Source of the DNA: Gammaproteobacteria bacterium
GTDB lineage: Bacteria > Pseudomonadota > Gammaproteobacteria > Steroidobacterales > UBA11654
Length of the DNA: 60,369 nt
Assembly (NCBI GenBank): GCA_029242945.1
Contig: JAQWSZ010000009.1
Span: forward strand, 1-60,369
Reading direction: 5' to 3'
Positions 38,445-49,164 of this stretch are shown one piece after another. Each line of letters opens with the position of its first letter. Position 1 is the first letter of the stretch. The notes under the pieces are model-generated. The model had not been told where the DNA came from. It made no database searches and saw nothing but the letters and a program-made list of their open reading frames with translations. The position numbers were made by a program, and so were the translations under genes.

Positions 38445-39927
38445 GAAGGTTGCTATTATAGGAAGCGGGTTTGGTGGTTTGGCACTAGCTATCAGGCTTC
38501 AAGCTTCAGGTCTGGATACTGTAATTTATGAAAAGAGGGATAAACCAGGAGGCAGAGCATATTTTTACAAAGAAAAGGGTTTCCATTTCGATGCTGGACC
38601 TACAGTTATTACAGCGCCTCATATTTTTCAAGAGCTCTTTGATTTAACCAATAAAAAAATGCAAGACTACATAGAGCTTATTCCAATTGATCCTTTCTAT
38701 CGATTGATTTGGCCTGATGGCGAAGTGTTTAATTATAACTCTGATATGGATGAACTAAATTCTCAAATCCATAAACTGAATCCAAAAGATGTTTATGGTT
38801 ATAAGAAATTTTTAAAATATTCAAATGCAGTCTTCGAGGAAGGCTATATAAAAATGGTTGATCACCCATTTCAATCCATCTGGAGCATGATTAAAGTTGC
38901 CCCTCAATTGATTCTTCTGCAAAGCTTTAGATCAGTCTATTCAATGGTGTCTAAATATATTAAGCATCCAAAACTAAGACAAGCTTTCAGTTACCACACT
39001 TTATTATTAGGTGGCAGCCCTTATTCTAGCTCTGCTATTTATTCTTTGATTCATGCACTAGAGCATAAGTGGGGAGTATGGTTTTCAAAAGGAGGAACAA
39101 GCACACTCATTGCAGGCTTGACTCAGTTATATAAAGATTTGGGCGGCACTTTACATCTCAATTGTGAAGTAAAAAGTATTAAGACAAATAAAAATAATGA
39201 AATACAATCTATTATTATTCACAATGGAGAAGAAATTAAGGTGTCTGCTGTAGCAAGCAACGCTGATATCTACCACACTTATAATGAATTGCTTTCTGAG
39301 AATAAAATAGCTCAGAGGAAAACAAAGATACTAAAGAGAAAAAAATTTAGCCCTTCTCTATTTGTGTTGCATTTTGGTCTACGAAAAAAACATCCAAAGC
39401 TAGCACATCACACAATATTCTTTGGTCCGAGATGGAAAGAATTACTCAAGGATATATATAAGAATGGGGTCTTACCCGAGGATAACGCCCTTTATTTGCA
39501 CTCGCCTTCAGTGACTGATTCTTCTATGGCACCTGAGGGTTGTTCAACTTATTACGCTCTTGCCGTTGTTCCTAATTTAGGTAAATTAGATATTGATTGG
39601 TCAATGGAACAGGACAGATATAAGAATATTATCTATCAACAGCTTGAGGAGACTTGTTTGCCTAATTTGAGAGAGGACCTAGTTGTAGATCGAGTCTTTA
39701 CACCTTTTGATTTTAAAAAAGAGCTCAATGCTTATAAAGGCGCCGCCTTTTCCATGGAACCTTTACTTGTTCAAAGTGCTTATTTTAGAATACATAATAG
39801 TGATCAGAAAATTAAAGGTCTCTATTTTACAGGAGCTGGCACACATCCGGGTGCAGGAGTTCCTGGAGTGGTTAATTCTGCGAAAGCCACTGCAAAAATC
39901 ATAATGGACAGGTTAGATCATGGATAA
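38437..39927 (+). CDS. crtI: phytoene desaturase
   Basis: GSGFGGLA, RDKPGGRAY, FDAGPTVIT, GAGTHPGAGVPGVV.SAK. Confidence 0.95.
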   Translation: MNKKVAIIGSGFGGLALAIRLQASGLDTVIYEKRDKPGGRAYFYKEKGFHFDAGPTVITAPHIFQELFDLTNKKMQDYIELIPIDPFYRLIWPDGEVFNYNSDMDELNSQIHKLNPKDVYGYKKFLKYSNAVFEEGYIKMVDHPFQSIWSMIKVAPQLILLQSFRSVYSMVSKYIKHPKLRQAFSYHTLLLGGSPYSSSAIYSLIHALEHKWGVWFSKGGTSTLIAGLTQLYKDLGGTLHLNCEVKSIKTNKNNEIQSIIIHNGEEIKVSAVASNADIYHTYNELLSENKIAQRKTKILKRKKFSPSLFVLHFGLRKKHPKLAHHTIFFGPRWKELLKDIYKNGVLPEDNALYLHSPSVTDSSMAPEGCSTYYALAVVPNLGKLDIDWSMEQDRYKNIIYQQLEETCLPNLREDLVVDRVFTPFDFKKELNAYKGAAFSMEPLLVQSAYFRIHNSDQKIKGLYFTGAGTHPGAGVPGVVNSAKATAKIIMDRLDHG

Positions 39928-40852
39928 AGTGCTTTCGCATAGTGCTGCAATGATCAGAGAGGGTTCCAAGAGTTTTTCAGGAGCATCTAAGCTTCTTGAT
40001 TCAAGCAGCAAAGAGTCTGCAATATTATTGTATTCCTGGTGTCGTTACTGCGACGATCAAATTGATAATCAAATTCTAGGTATCAATCAACAGAGTAATG
40101 AAGATAATTTGGATGCAGTTGAGATTGTTAAAATAATGGAGAAGAAAACTCAGGATGCTATCAATGATATCCCATCAGAAGCAATTGAATTTGAAGCATT
40201 AAGAAGAGTGCTTCAAAAACATGGTATTCCACAGCAATACCCATTGGAGCATTTGCAAGGTTTCAGAATGGATGCAAAGAAAAAGCAATATCATAGCATT
40301 ACAGACACACTTGAATATTGTTACCATGTTGCAGGTGTAGTAGGAATAATGATGGCTTATATTTTTGGTATAAGGGATTCAAAGATAATAGAAAGAGCAG
40401 CAGATTTGGGTATTGCTTTTCAACTCACTAATATTGCAAGAGATGTTATTGAGGATGCCAAAATGGGAAGAGTCTATCTACCAAGCGAATGGCTAGCAGA
40501 GTATGATATAAAGCCTGGGTCAATTCTAGAAACTAACAATAGAGTGAAGCTTTTTCTAGTTATCAAAAAGCTTTTGGATGTATCAGAACAATATTATGAA
40601 TCTGCAAACATTGGAATCACCCATCTACCATTGAGAATAAGATGGGGGATTAAAGTGGCTTTATCGGTATATCGACAAATAGGCATTAAGATTAGAACAT
40701 TGGGTTCCAATGCATGGAATCAGAGGGTTTATGTAAAACGTCCTTATAAACTATTTTTAGCAGTGAAGTATTTTTTAAGATATTACTTATGGAATAAAAA
40801 CAACACTGCACAAGAGCTAGAAAGAGATCCTTTACTTTGGAAAAAAAACTAA
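39920..40852 (+). CDS. crtB: phytoene synthase
   Basis: GSKSF, WCRYCDDQID, YCYHVAGVVG, AFQLTNIARD..ED...GRVYLP. Confidence 0.95.
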   Translation: MDKVLSHSAAMIREGSKSFSGASKLLDSSSKESAILLYSWCRYCDDQIDNQILGINQQSNEDNLDAVEIVKIMEKKTQDAINDIPSEAIEFEALRRVLQKHGIPQQYPLEHLQGFRMDAKKKQYHSITDTLEYCYHVAGVVGIMMAYIFGIRDSKIIERAADLGIAFQLTNIARDVIEDAKMGRVYLPSEWLAEYDIKPGSILETNNRVKLFLVIKKLLDVSEQYYESANIGITHLPLRIRWGIKVALSVYRQIGIKIRTLGSNAWNQRVYVKRPYKLFLAVKYFLRYYLWNKNNTAQELERDPLLWKKN

Positions 40853-41289
40853 ACCCCTAATTTCAAGTCTTTTGGTACATAGAGGAAGCCAAATGAAGAT
40901 GCAAAATTTTTTTCAGACGTAGAGTGATGAAGATGATGAGCACGAATCATTCTTTTCATATAACGACTCTTGAATTTATATTTAATTTTAATTCTTCGAT
41001 GTACGATTATATCGTGAAAGATAAAATATGCAGGACAGTAAGAGGCAATACCAACACCGACCCAAAGTAGAGCTGTATCATTATGATAGCCAAAATAAAT
41101 ACAGAGTATCGAAGGGATAGCAAATAAGACTGCAAACCAATCATTCTTTTCAAACATACCTTCTCTAGGCCTATGATGTGATTTATGCAGATTCCATAAA
41201 AATCCATGCATAACATACTTATGTGTATAGAACGCAACTGCTTCCATTATGCAAAAAACAGTAAGGATAATTAAACAGTTTAAAAACAT
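40849..41289 (-). CDS. crtZ: beta-carotene 3-hydroxylase
   Basis: HKYVMHG, HKSHH, FEKND, FHD..VH.R, AHHLHH, SFGFL His boxes; convergent with crtB. Confidence 0.93.
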   Translation of the reverse strand: MFLNCLIILTVFCIMEAVAFYTHKYVMHGFLWNLHKSHHRPREGMFEKNDWFAVLFAIPSILCIYFGYHNDTALLWVGVGIASYCPAYFIFHDIIVHRRIKIKYKFKSRYMKRMIRAHHLHHSTSEKNFASSFGFLYVPKDLKLGV

Positions 41290-41405
41290 TAGCTTATGAT
41301 CTCAATTCTAAATAGTTTCGATAGCGATAATATAATGATGATATTTTATCATAATGATATATTGATTATCCGATCAATAACTTTACGACAGGACCAAAAA
41401 TCATA

Positions 41406-42437
41406 GTGAAAAAGAATAAGAATTGTCAATGGAGAATAGCTAGGAGACCTTCAGGGAATGTAGTGAATGATGATTTTGAATATAGAGAAGTTGATATACC
41501 AAAAATAAAGGATGGCCAAGTTTTACTCAAGACCCTTTATTTGAACCTAGCTCCAGTCATGAGAATGTATATGTCTGGGAAATCTATTGCTGGAGAGTCT
41601 GCATTAAATATAGGCGACTTGATTCATGGCAGAGGTGTAGCTGAAGTAGTGGAGAGTCGTCATAATGATTATAAAGTAGGAGATATATTACAAGGTCAAA
41701 TGGGTTGGCAAACTTATAAAGTGTCCTCAATTACAAGCAGTGAGAAATTTAGAAAAGTTCCAGATACTGGAATTTCATATTCCATTGGTTTGAGTTTATT
41801 TGGAATGACTGGATTTTCTGCTTACTTTGGTTTTTTTAATAGTGGCGCTCCCCGCCAAGAAGATACCGTTGTAATTTCTGGTGCTGCTGGAGGGGTAGGA
41901 TCAATTGTTGTACAACTAGCTAAGAATCTAGGTTGTCAAGTTATCGGTATTGCGGGAGGTCACGAGAAATGCAGGTTTATAAAAGATTTAGGTTGTGATA
42001 TTGCACTGGATTATAAAAGTGGTGATATTGCTGAAAAGATTAAGGATGCTACCCCTGATGGTATTGATTTATATTTTGACAATGTTGGTGGTGAAATACT
42101 ATCAGCTTGTTTGAATAATCTTGCACAAAACTCAAGAGTAGTTTTATGTGGTTCAATATCAGAATATCTCTCTTCTGAACCTTATGGACTAAAAAATTAT
42201 ACTAATCTTAGGAAAACTAATTCTACAATGCAGGGTTTTTTTATTTACAACCATATGGATGATCTTGATGAAGCTGAAAAGGAAATGAAAGATTGGATTT
42301 CTTCAGAAAAAATCAAGCCAGTTGAGTATATATTCAATGGATTTCTTTCCATGCCAGATTCTCTAGCTAGTCTTTATGAAGGAGAGAATTATGGAGTTGC
42401 TTTGTGCCGTGTAGCCCCTGGACCATATGATCATTAA
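41406..42437 (+). CDS. NADP-dependent MDR oxidoreductase (CurA/prostaglandin reductase family)
   Basis: GMTGFSAYFG, SGAAGGVGS, GIDLYFDNVGG, LCGSISEY. Confidence 0.88.
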   Translation: MKKNKNCQWRIARRPSGNVVNDDFEYREVDIPKIKDGQVLLKTLYLNLAPVMRMYMSGKSIAGESALNIGDLIHGRGVAEVVESRHNDYKVGDILQGQMGWQTYKVSSITSSEKFRKVPDTGISYSIGLSLFGMTGFSAYFGFFNSGAPRQEDTVVISGAAGGVGSIVVQLAKNLGCQVIGIAGGHEKCRFIKDLGCDIALDYKSGDIAEKIKDATPDGIDLYFDNVGGEILSACLNNLAQNSRVVLCGSISEYLSSEPYGLKNYTNLRKTNSTMQGFFIYNHMDDLDEAEKEMKDWISSEKIKPVEYIFNGFLSMPDSLASLYEGENYGVALCRVAPGPYDH

Positions 42438-44448
42438 AAACATATATACTATGCACATGAAAGTTATCACTTTGATTAAACAAGTACCTTTTTTATTGTT
42501 AATACTCTTGCTCTTAACCATGCATGCATTAGCCTCAGAAAGTGATTGGATGCAATACGGAGGAGATGAAGGAGGAGGTCGTTATTCAGCTTTATCACAA
42601 ATTAATCGTGATAATGTTGGACAATTAGAAGTTGCTTGGAAGTATAAAACGGGTCATTTGGATGGTGTGCCAGAAAAACTTTCTTTTTTGAAAAAAATGG
42701 TGGGGTTTCAGGTGACACCTATTATGCTTCCTGATGATGTAGGAGGCTTACTAATTTTATGCACACCTTTCAATGAAATTATTGCTCTTGATCCTAATAA
42801 TGGAACAAAGCAATGGTCCTATGATCCTAAGATTGATTTAAGACCATTTGCAGGTCGCTTCAGTTGCAGAGGCTTGGCTCAATGGAGAAATCCAGATCTA
42901 CAACTGTCAGAGGTATGTGCTCATAGTCTTTTTTTGGCTGCTAATGATAAGAGATTAATAGCAGTCGATGCGAAAACAGGCATACCTTGTCCAAAATTTG
43001 GAGAGGAAGGTATTGTTGATGTTACACCAATTATAAAAACTTTAGAACCAACAAACCAGATTAGGGCGATGCAGTTAAAATCACCTCCAGCAGTTGTTAA
43101 TGGAGTGGTGATTATCGGTGGTACAGGCAATAAGTTCAAAGATGCTAGTTCAGTCAATGGGGCAGTTCGTGGTTTTAGTGCTATTGATGGATCTTTTTTA
43201 TGGGCTTTTGATACATTGATACGTGATGTTACGAATCCCGAGTCTCTCCCATATAATGTAGGGGGTGCAAATGTATGGACGACTATGTCTGTTGATAGTG
43301 ATAGAGATTTAGTATTCGTGCCTACTGCAAGCGCATCTCCAAATTTTTATGGTGGTTTACGCCCTGGAGATAATCGTTATGCTAATTCTGTTCTAGCAAT
43401 TAAAGCATCAACCGGAGAATTAGTCTGGCATTACCAAACGATTCATCACGATATATGGGATTGGGATTTACCTACTCATCCGCTCTTAGTAGATATCACT
43501 ACAAAAAAGGGAAAGGAGCCTATTGTTATTCAGTTAGGTAAAACTGGCATGGTCTATACTTTTCATCGTGAAACGGGTGAACCTTATTTTGAGATAGAAG
43601 AAAGATCCGTTTCAACTGATGGTATTTTAGGAGATCAGTTATCGCCAACCCAACCATTTCCTGTGAAACCACCTCCACTGATAAGACAGGGAATTACTCC
43701 GGATGATGCATGGGGTGTTACGCCTATAGAAAGAGAAGGTTGCCGTGAGAAAATTGCTGGGGCTAGATATGGAGAAATGTTCACCCCTATGTCTACGAAA
43801 GGCACAATTATGTACCCACAAGTTGGAGGCGGAGCTAATTGGGGAGGTGGTTCATTTGACTCAGAGAGAAATATACTAGTTGTTCCTGTAGCAGAGGTTC
43901 CTTTTTACGTTCGTTTGATTCCACAAGAGAATATAGACAAGAAATTAGCTAAGTCACCAATGGCTGGAAATCCAATGGGACCACCAGGATTAATTAAAGG
44001 AACTGAATATGGCTTAGAGCAGGCTCCATTACTTTCACCTTTATATACGCCATGTACCAAGCCCCCATGGTCTTCGTTAGTTGCAGTCGATATGATCGAA
44101 GGTAAAATTTTATGGAAAAAACCTTTTGGAAAAATAGACAAGCTTAGTCCATTACCAATCGGCTTTGAATGGGGAACACCATTTGCAGGTGGAGCTATTA
44201 CTACTGCAGGAGGATTAATTTTTATTGGAGCCACAGCTGATGAACGATTCAGAGCATTTGATATTGAAACAGGTGAAAAACTTCTAGAATTGAAAGCGTC
44301 AACTTCTGCTATGGCTACTCCAATGACTTACATGGCTAATGGAAGACAATATGTAGTGATTGCTACGGGCGGGCATATGTGGAATTACAGAGATGGTATC
44401 AGTGATGAAATTATTGCTTATGCGTTGCCAAAAAATTTAATCCAATAA
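42427..44448 (+). CDS. PQQ-dependent dehydrogenase (quinoprotein glucose dehydrogenase-like), exported
   Basis: W..YGGD.GG.RYS.L.QIN..NV, CRG, GANVW, HHDIWDWD, GGANWGG, TPMTY...GRQYV; the start may lie slightly downstream. Confidence 0.9.
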   Translation: MIIKNIYTMHMKVITLIKQVPFLLLILLLLTMHALASESDWMQYGGDEGGGRYSALSQINRDNVGQLEVAWKYKTGHLDGVPEKLSFLKKMVGFQVTPIMLPDDVGGLLILCTPFNEIIALDPNNGTKQWSYDPKIDLRPFAGRFSCRGLAQWRNPDLQLSEVCAHSLFLAANDKRLIAVDAKTGIPCPKFGEEGIVDVTPIIKTLEPTNQIRAMQLKSPPAVVNGVVIIGGTGNKFKDASSVNGAVRGFSAIDGSFLWAFDTLIRDVTNPESLPYNVGGANVWTTMSVDSDRDLVFVPTASASPNFYGGLRPGDNRYANSVLAIKASTGELVWHYQTIHHDIWDWDLPTHPLLVDITTKKGKEPIVIQLGKTGMVYTFHRETGEPYFEIEERSVSTDGILGDQLSPTQPFPVKPPPLIRQGITPDDAWGVTPIEREGCREKIAGARYGEMFTPMSTKGTIMYPQVGGGANWGGGSFDSERNILVVPVAEVPFYVRLIPQENIDKKLAKSPMAGNPMGPPGLIKGTEYGLEQAPLLSPLYTPCTKPPWSSLVAVDMIEGKILWKKPFGKIDKLSPLPIGFEWGTPFAGGAITTAGGLIFIGATADERFRAFDIETGEKLLELKASTSAMATPMTYMANGRQYVVIATGGHMWNYRDGISDEIIAYALPKNLIQ

Positions 44449-45300
44449 ATCGACAGCATCTAGTGTTGCATCAGGATCAAGAAAGTCTAAACCTGCCTCT
44501 TTTACTTTTTGATTGGATACATTTTTTGGGCCGGGGCTGAGATTTAACCATTCTACATGGTCTAATTTCTCCCGATCGCATACGGAGGCAAAGAACTCTG
44601 ATTTAGTTATTTTTACTTCGTTAAAAAGGTTATAAAGTCCATTGAGTTTTTTATTTATTGCAAGCTCAATTGCTTTAATAACATCATCTCGATGGATAAT
44701 CATTGCATCTGATTGGCCATCAAAAGGGACTTTCTGTCCAGATATCTGTTTTAATTGATTTTTCCATTCTCTTCCAGGTCCATGTATCGTGCCCGTTCTG
44801 AATATACAGCTCTGAATAGCAGGGTTTTGAATATTATTTAGTAATTCTTCTGTTTCGATATAGACTTTTTGGAATGGGTTTAAGGGGTTTGCTTTTGTCT
44901 CTTCTGTGATTTCTGATTCATTGTTTCCATCTCCATAGGCGTTTAATGAACTAGTAAAAATTATACGACTCAACGTTTTATTCGATTTACATGCAGCAAC
45001 AATACTTTCAGCAGTACCTACATAGGAATCTCTATAGAGATCAGGGTCCATTACTGTTTTACCATCTCGTTCAACCATGCCCCCAGCAACTGTCAAAATC
45101 AGAATATCTTGATTTTCCAATAGTTCTTCCATCTTTTTTTGATCACTTCCATACATGACAATCACTTTATCTGAAACAGTTTCCAATTCTTGTTTTCTAG
45201 ATTCTTTAGTCGTAGTGACTGTGATGTTATGCCCTAAATTTTTGAAATAACGACATGCTGCAAAACCCGTGTAAGCAGCTCCTAATATTGCAATATTCAT
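44437..45300 (-). CDS. NAD-dependent epimerase/dehydratase-like atypical SDR
   Basis: N-terminal Rossmann ILGAAYTG, FTSS..AYG, R.G.I.GPGR, IHRDDV. Confidence 0.75.
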   Translation of the reverse strand: MNIAILGAAYTGFAACRYFKNLGHNITVTTTKESRKQELETVSDKVIVMYGSDQKKMEELLENQDILILTVAGGMVERDGKTVMDPDLYRDSYVGTAESIVAACKSNKTLSRIIFTSSLNAYGDGNNESEITEETKANPLNPFQKVYIETEELLNNIQNPAIQSCIFRTGTIHGPGREWKNQLKQISGQKVPFDGQSDAMIIHRDDVIKAIELAINKKLNGLYNLFNEVKITKSEFFASVCDREKLDHVEWLNLSPGPKNVSNQKVKEAGLDFLDPDATLDAVDLLD

Positions 45301-45310
45301 GTCTTATTTC

Positions 45311-46516
45311 TTATTTATTATTTAGGGCTTCAAGAATGATATTAGGCAGTCGTGAATCATCCCATTCTGAATCTTGGCTTCCAGTTCTTAGAATCACTAA
45401 TGATTCTGAAGGAATCATATATATTCGTTGTTTTCCCAAACCGTCCATGAAGAAAAGATCATCTGCTTTAAAAGCCTCACTATGAATATTTGCAAAGGTT
45501 TCCATTCTTGAGTCATATGGCCTTTTTGGCTCAAAATTATTGCCCAGCCAGATTTGCATACCATAATTAATATTTGTCTTAGAGGGCTTGGTCATTTGAT
45601 CAACCCATCCAGATGGAAGTATCTCTTTTCCTTGGAATATTCCCTTATTTAATAACATTTCACCCAATCTAATCATGTCACCAACAGTGGTCCACATACA
45701 GCAATCTGTATGCACCATGCCTCCTGGATTATCTACGAAAAAATAAGCATCTTTTGCTCCCAAAGGTTTCCAAATTTTTTCAGAGAAGTACTCACTATAC
45801 CTTTGACCTGTTGCTCTCTCGATGATAATTCCTAGCATTTGACTATTAGGATTTACATGAGAAAAAACTGTACCAGGAGGGCTATCACTTGAGACATTGA
45901 TGTTTGCAGATGTTATATCCAAACCCATTATTCTTTGGATTCTTTGAGAGCTAGGTGAAAAATCATAATCTTCTTTTAGTCCTCCAGCCATATTGAGAAG
46001 GTTTCTTATGGTGATTGATTCTTTTTCCGTTTCTTGCCATTCATTAATGAAGACTGAAGCTGAAACATCCACTGATTCTATAAACCCATCTTCAATGGCA
46101 TGACCCATAAGAATTCCATTCATAGTTTTAGTTAATGAATGCAGTCCAAAAAGTGAATCAAAATTAGTATCATTCCAATAGTTTTCAAAAACAATTTTCC
46201 CTTTGTGTTGTATCACTAAACTATTGCTATTATGTGACTCTGCATAATCACTGGCTTTTTGAAAAGCCTCTAGAGGTATCTCACTTTTATTAGAATCAAG
46301 GATTTCAAGAGGGTTTGTATAATCTCCTTTAGTCATTTCTAGGGGTTGATACCAAGAAAGTCTTGGATTGAGTGGATTACCTAGGAGTGAAGTTGTCCAT
46401 CGCTCCCAAAATAAACCATAAAAGCCCAAAGCAGCAGGAATAAATCCTGAAATGATACTTACTAATAGAATGATGCCAAACCATTTAAATGTTTTTTTGA
46501 AGATTAATTTAATCAT
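45311..46516 (-). CDS. serine hydrolase, beta-lactamase/PBP-like family
   Basis: N-terminal anchor; SLTK (SxxK), LLNMAGG, YGMQIW, DGLGKQRIY.IP. Confidence 0.85.
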   Translation of the reverse strand: MIKLIFKKTFKWFGIILLVSIISGFIPAALGFYGLFWERWTTSLLGNPLNPRLSWYQPLEMTKGDYTNPLEILDSNKSEIPLEAFQKASDYAESHNSNSLVIQHKGKIVFENYWNDTNFDSLFGLHSLTKTMNGILMGHAIEDGFIESVDVSASVFINEWQETEKESITIRNLLNMAGGLKEDYDFSPSSQRIQRIMGLDITSANINVSSDSPPGTVFSHVNPNSQMLGIIIERATGQRYSEYFSEKIWKPLGAKDAYFFVDNPGGMVHTDCCMWTTVGDMIRLGEMLLNKGIFQGKEILPSGWVDQMTKPSKTNINYGMQIWLGNNFEPKRPYDSRMETFANIHSEAFKADDLFFMDGLGKQRIYMIPSESLVILRTGSQDSEWDDSRLPNIILEALNNK

Positions 46517-46541
46517 TGACTACCCCTACTGATAAAAATCT

Positions 46542-47006
46542 TTATTCGCTACTTGGATAAAACCAGTCAGGTCCAACACAAGGCGTATTGATTTTTACTG
46601 AAAATAATGAATTAGTTGTTGGGAAGCTTTCATTGACATCTACACCAGCAAGATCAATTCTAGATGCTGGCGTGCATAGTATTCCATCTTCATCAAGATC
46701 TATCCAAGCATAGACTACTAAGCCAGTATTACCCAATGAATCATAACCGAAGGTGTGGCTAAAACTTGTATCATTTGAGGTAAAGGATTCAATCTCATAT
46801 AGAGGGTGTTCTTGGAACCCAATTCCTGAGATTGCATGAAAAATACTAAAATTAATTTTACTGAAGCTTAAATTCGAATCAATGACTACTTCACCGGAGA
46901 TGGTAATTTCATCTTTGATCAATTCCGAATCCATATTATTACAGGATTGCATTCCAATACCAATCAATGCAATTAAGACCAAACAAATTGTAATTTTTTT
47001 TAACAT
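46542..47006 (-). CDS. hypothetical lipoprotein
   Basis: Signal peptide ending MQSC; DLDEDG Ca-binding-like loop. Confidence 0.6.
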   Translation of the reverse strand: MLKKITICLVLIALIGIGMQSCNNMDSELIKDEITISGEVVIDSNLSFSKINFSIFHAISGIGFQEHPLYEIESFTSNDTSFSHTFGYDSLGNTGLVVYAWIDLDEDGILCTPASRIDLAGVDVNESFPTTNSLFSVKINTPCVGPDWFYPSSE

Positions 47007-47065
47007 CCTATTATATTGTAATAAATTTAGACGATGAAGTTCAAAAATATGTTTATAATTTAATA

Positions 47066-48079
47066 ATGGCTGTATTCAAGAAACTGGTTTCATCAAATCA
47101 ATTATTGGTATTAATCACACTCATTTGCATACAATCTTGTAGTCTTTTTAAAACAGATTTCAATTTTTTTAACCCTCAGTTTGAAGTTAAAACAATGGAT
47201 AATCTGTTCTTAGATTTTAAAAAACTCAATAAGCAATTACCCATACGAATTTCTTATCCAGCGACAACAGGTAATCTACCCGTCATTGTTTTCTCTCATG
47301 GTAATGGCTCAAAAGGCGATATGTATCAAGGTTTTACTGATTATTGGGCCAGTCATGGCTATGTAGTAATTCAGCCGACCCATATTGATTCAACTTCTCT
47401 TGGCTTTGTGACCAAGCGCGATAATATGCGAGAAATGTATAAGCAGATGCTTAATGTAACTGATACTCGAAGACAAGATATGAGTTTCATTATTGATTCA
47501 TTGGATTTAATAGAAGAAATGATCCCTGATTTAAAAAATCGATTGGATAGATCAAAATTAATTGCAGCAGGGCATTCAATGGGAGCAGCTACAGCGATGC
47601 TTGTTTCAGGAATGAAATTGGTAAATCCAATGGATGGAACTGAAGAAAGTTCAGAGGAAAATAGGTTCAAAGCATTATTGATGATCAGTGACCCTGGAAC
47701 AATGACATTAATGCCAAAAGATCCTTGGAAAGGAGTTAGAATTCCTACATTAATTTCTACAGGCACTGAAGATTTTAGTGATGTTGGCTCAACACGAATG
47801 AAGTCACCATTTAAGTATGAAGTACCATTATCTCTTAAACGTTCTTTTGCGCCCCATCATTACCTCCTAATAGATAAAGCTGACCACTATCTAGGAGGCC
47901 TAATTTGTAGAATTGATGTTCCAGGACCTCCTCAATATGAGGCATTAGATATAGCTGCTAAATCAAGTGTTGTTTTTTTGAATGCTTATATAAAGAATGA
48001 TAGGAATGCATTGATCTCAATGAGATTTGGAGATATGAAAAAAGCTACTAATGACAAAGCATCTCTGACTTTGAAATGA
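47066..48079 (+). CDS. alpha/beta hydrolase lipoprotein (chlorophyllase/PAF-AH-like)
   Basis: IQSC lipobox; PVIVFSHG, WASHGYVV, AGHSMG, GTED, ADH. Confidence 0.8.
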   Translation: MAVFKKLVSSNQLLVLITLICIQSCSLFKTDFNFFNPQFEVKTMDNLFLDFKKLNKQLPIRISYPATTGNLPVIVFSHGNGSKGDMYQGFTDYWASHGYVVIQPTHIDSTSLGFVTKRDNMREMYKQMLNVTDTRRQDMSFIIDSLDLIEEMIPDLKNRLDRSKLIAAGHSMGAATAMLVSGMKLVNPMDGTEESSEENRFKALLMISDPGTMTLMPKDPWKGVRIPTLISTGTEDFSDVGSTRMKSPFKYEVPLSLKRSFAPHHYLLIDKADHYLGGLICRIDVPGPPQYEALDIAAKSSVVFLNAYIKNDRNALISMRFGDMKKATNDKASLTLK

Positions 48080-48111
48080 ATTTTTCTTATTCTAATTTTG
48101 TGTATTTTTAA

Positions 48112-49131
48112 TTAGAGACCAAATAAAGATTCAAAATTCTTTCCTAATAGTAATTCCATTTCTTTATTTGTGTAATTTACTTCTTGCATTGCATCACCAA
48201 AACGATTTAAGTGACTTTTTGTATAGCCAGGAAACTGAGGCCCATCTGAGCCATAAATCACTCTGTCTATCAAATTATTTTCCTTAATAATTGAGAGATA
48301 TTGGGGAAGTACATCTTCAGCTTTTCTTGCTCCCAATGCACCAGGTTCAAGATAAACATTTTCATATTTCTTAACCAATTCAATACATGAATCTAAATAT
48401 GTAAGTGCAATATTATAGCTATCATAACCAGAGTGACCGAGGATAAATTTTGTTTGAGGGTATTTTTTTATTGATTCTTCCAAATAGAGTGGATCCACAT
48501 AAGGCGGCTCTCTTCTAGTATATGGGTTAGGGCTTGTACCTGTATGAATATATACGGGTTTACTCAATCTACCGGCTATCTCATAAATCCCATCAAACCT
48601 TTTGTCATCAAGTCTCATTTGTTGATGAGCATGAGCAAGTTTTATACCGTAAGAATTATATTTTACTAGATCATCTTCCAACTTCTTAAGCTCTATATCT
48701 CGATTAATATTCCAATAGTCAGTTCGGATACTATAGAAGCCAAACATTCTCTCTGGATGATTCTTAATTTGCTCGTAAAGAAATTCATTGGATGCATTAC
48801 CTGTAGTATCTGGACTGTAAACAGCAAAAACTCCGGCTCTTTTAATCCCAGCATTATCCAATTGTTTTAAAATACCTTCAGAGGTTAATCCATTTCCTAA
48901 TAAAGAGCTCATTAAGAACTTCAATGGTTTTGGTACTCTTTCTGAGTATCTTTCCTTATAGGGTTCTGTGAGTGCATCCCAAGTTCCGGTGTGAAGATGC
49001 ATATCAATTACATCAATTGTATTGCCATTAACAACAAGACCATAAACTGGTTCATCATTTTCATTGAAATAATTGATAGTTGCGAATGCAATAATTATTA
49101 CTATAGAAATTTTTATAAGATTTTTTTTCAT
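48112..49131 (-). CDS. amidohydrolase family 2 protein with N-terminal anchor or signal
   Basis: IDMHLH, GIKL, IHTG, ILGHSG, YGSDGP. Confidence 0.85.
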   Translation of the reverse strand: MKKNLIKISIVIIIAFATINYFNENDEPVYGLVVNGNTIDVIDMHLHTGTWDALTEPYKERYSERVPKPLKFLMSSLLGNGLTSEGILKQLDNAGIKRAGVFAVYSPDTTGNASNEFLYEQIKNHPERMFGFYSIRTDYWNINRDIELKKLEDDLVKYNSYGIKLAHAHQQMRLDDKRFDGIYEIAGRLSKPVYIHTGTSPNPYTRREPPYVDPLYLEESIKKYPQTKFILGHSGYDSYNIALTYLDSCIELVKKYENVYLEPGALGARKAEDVLPQYLSIIKENNLIDRVIYGSDGPQFPGYTKSHLNRFGDAMQEVNYTNKEMELLLGKNFESLFGL

Positions 49132-49164
49132 ATATATTCAGTTTCTAATAAATTTCATAAGAAT

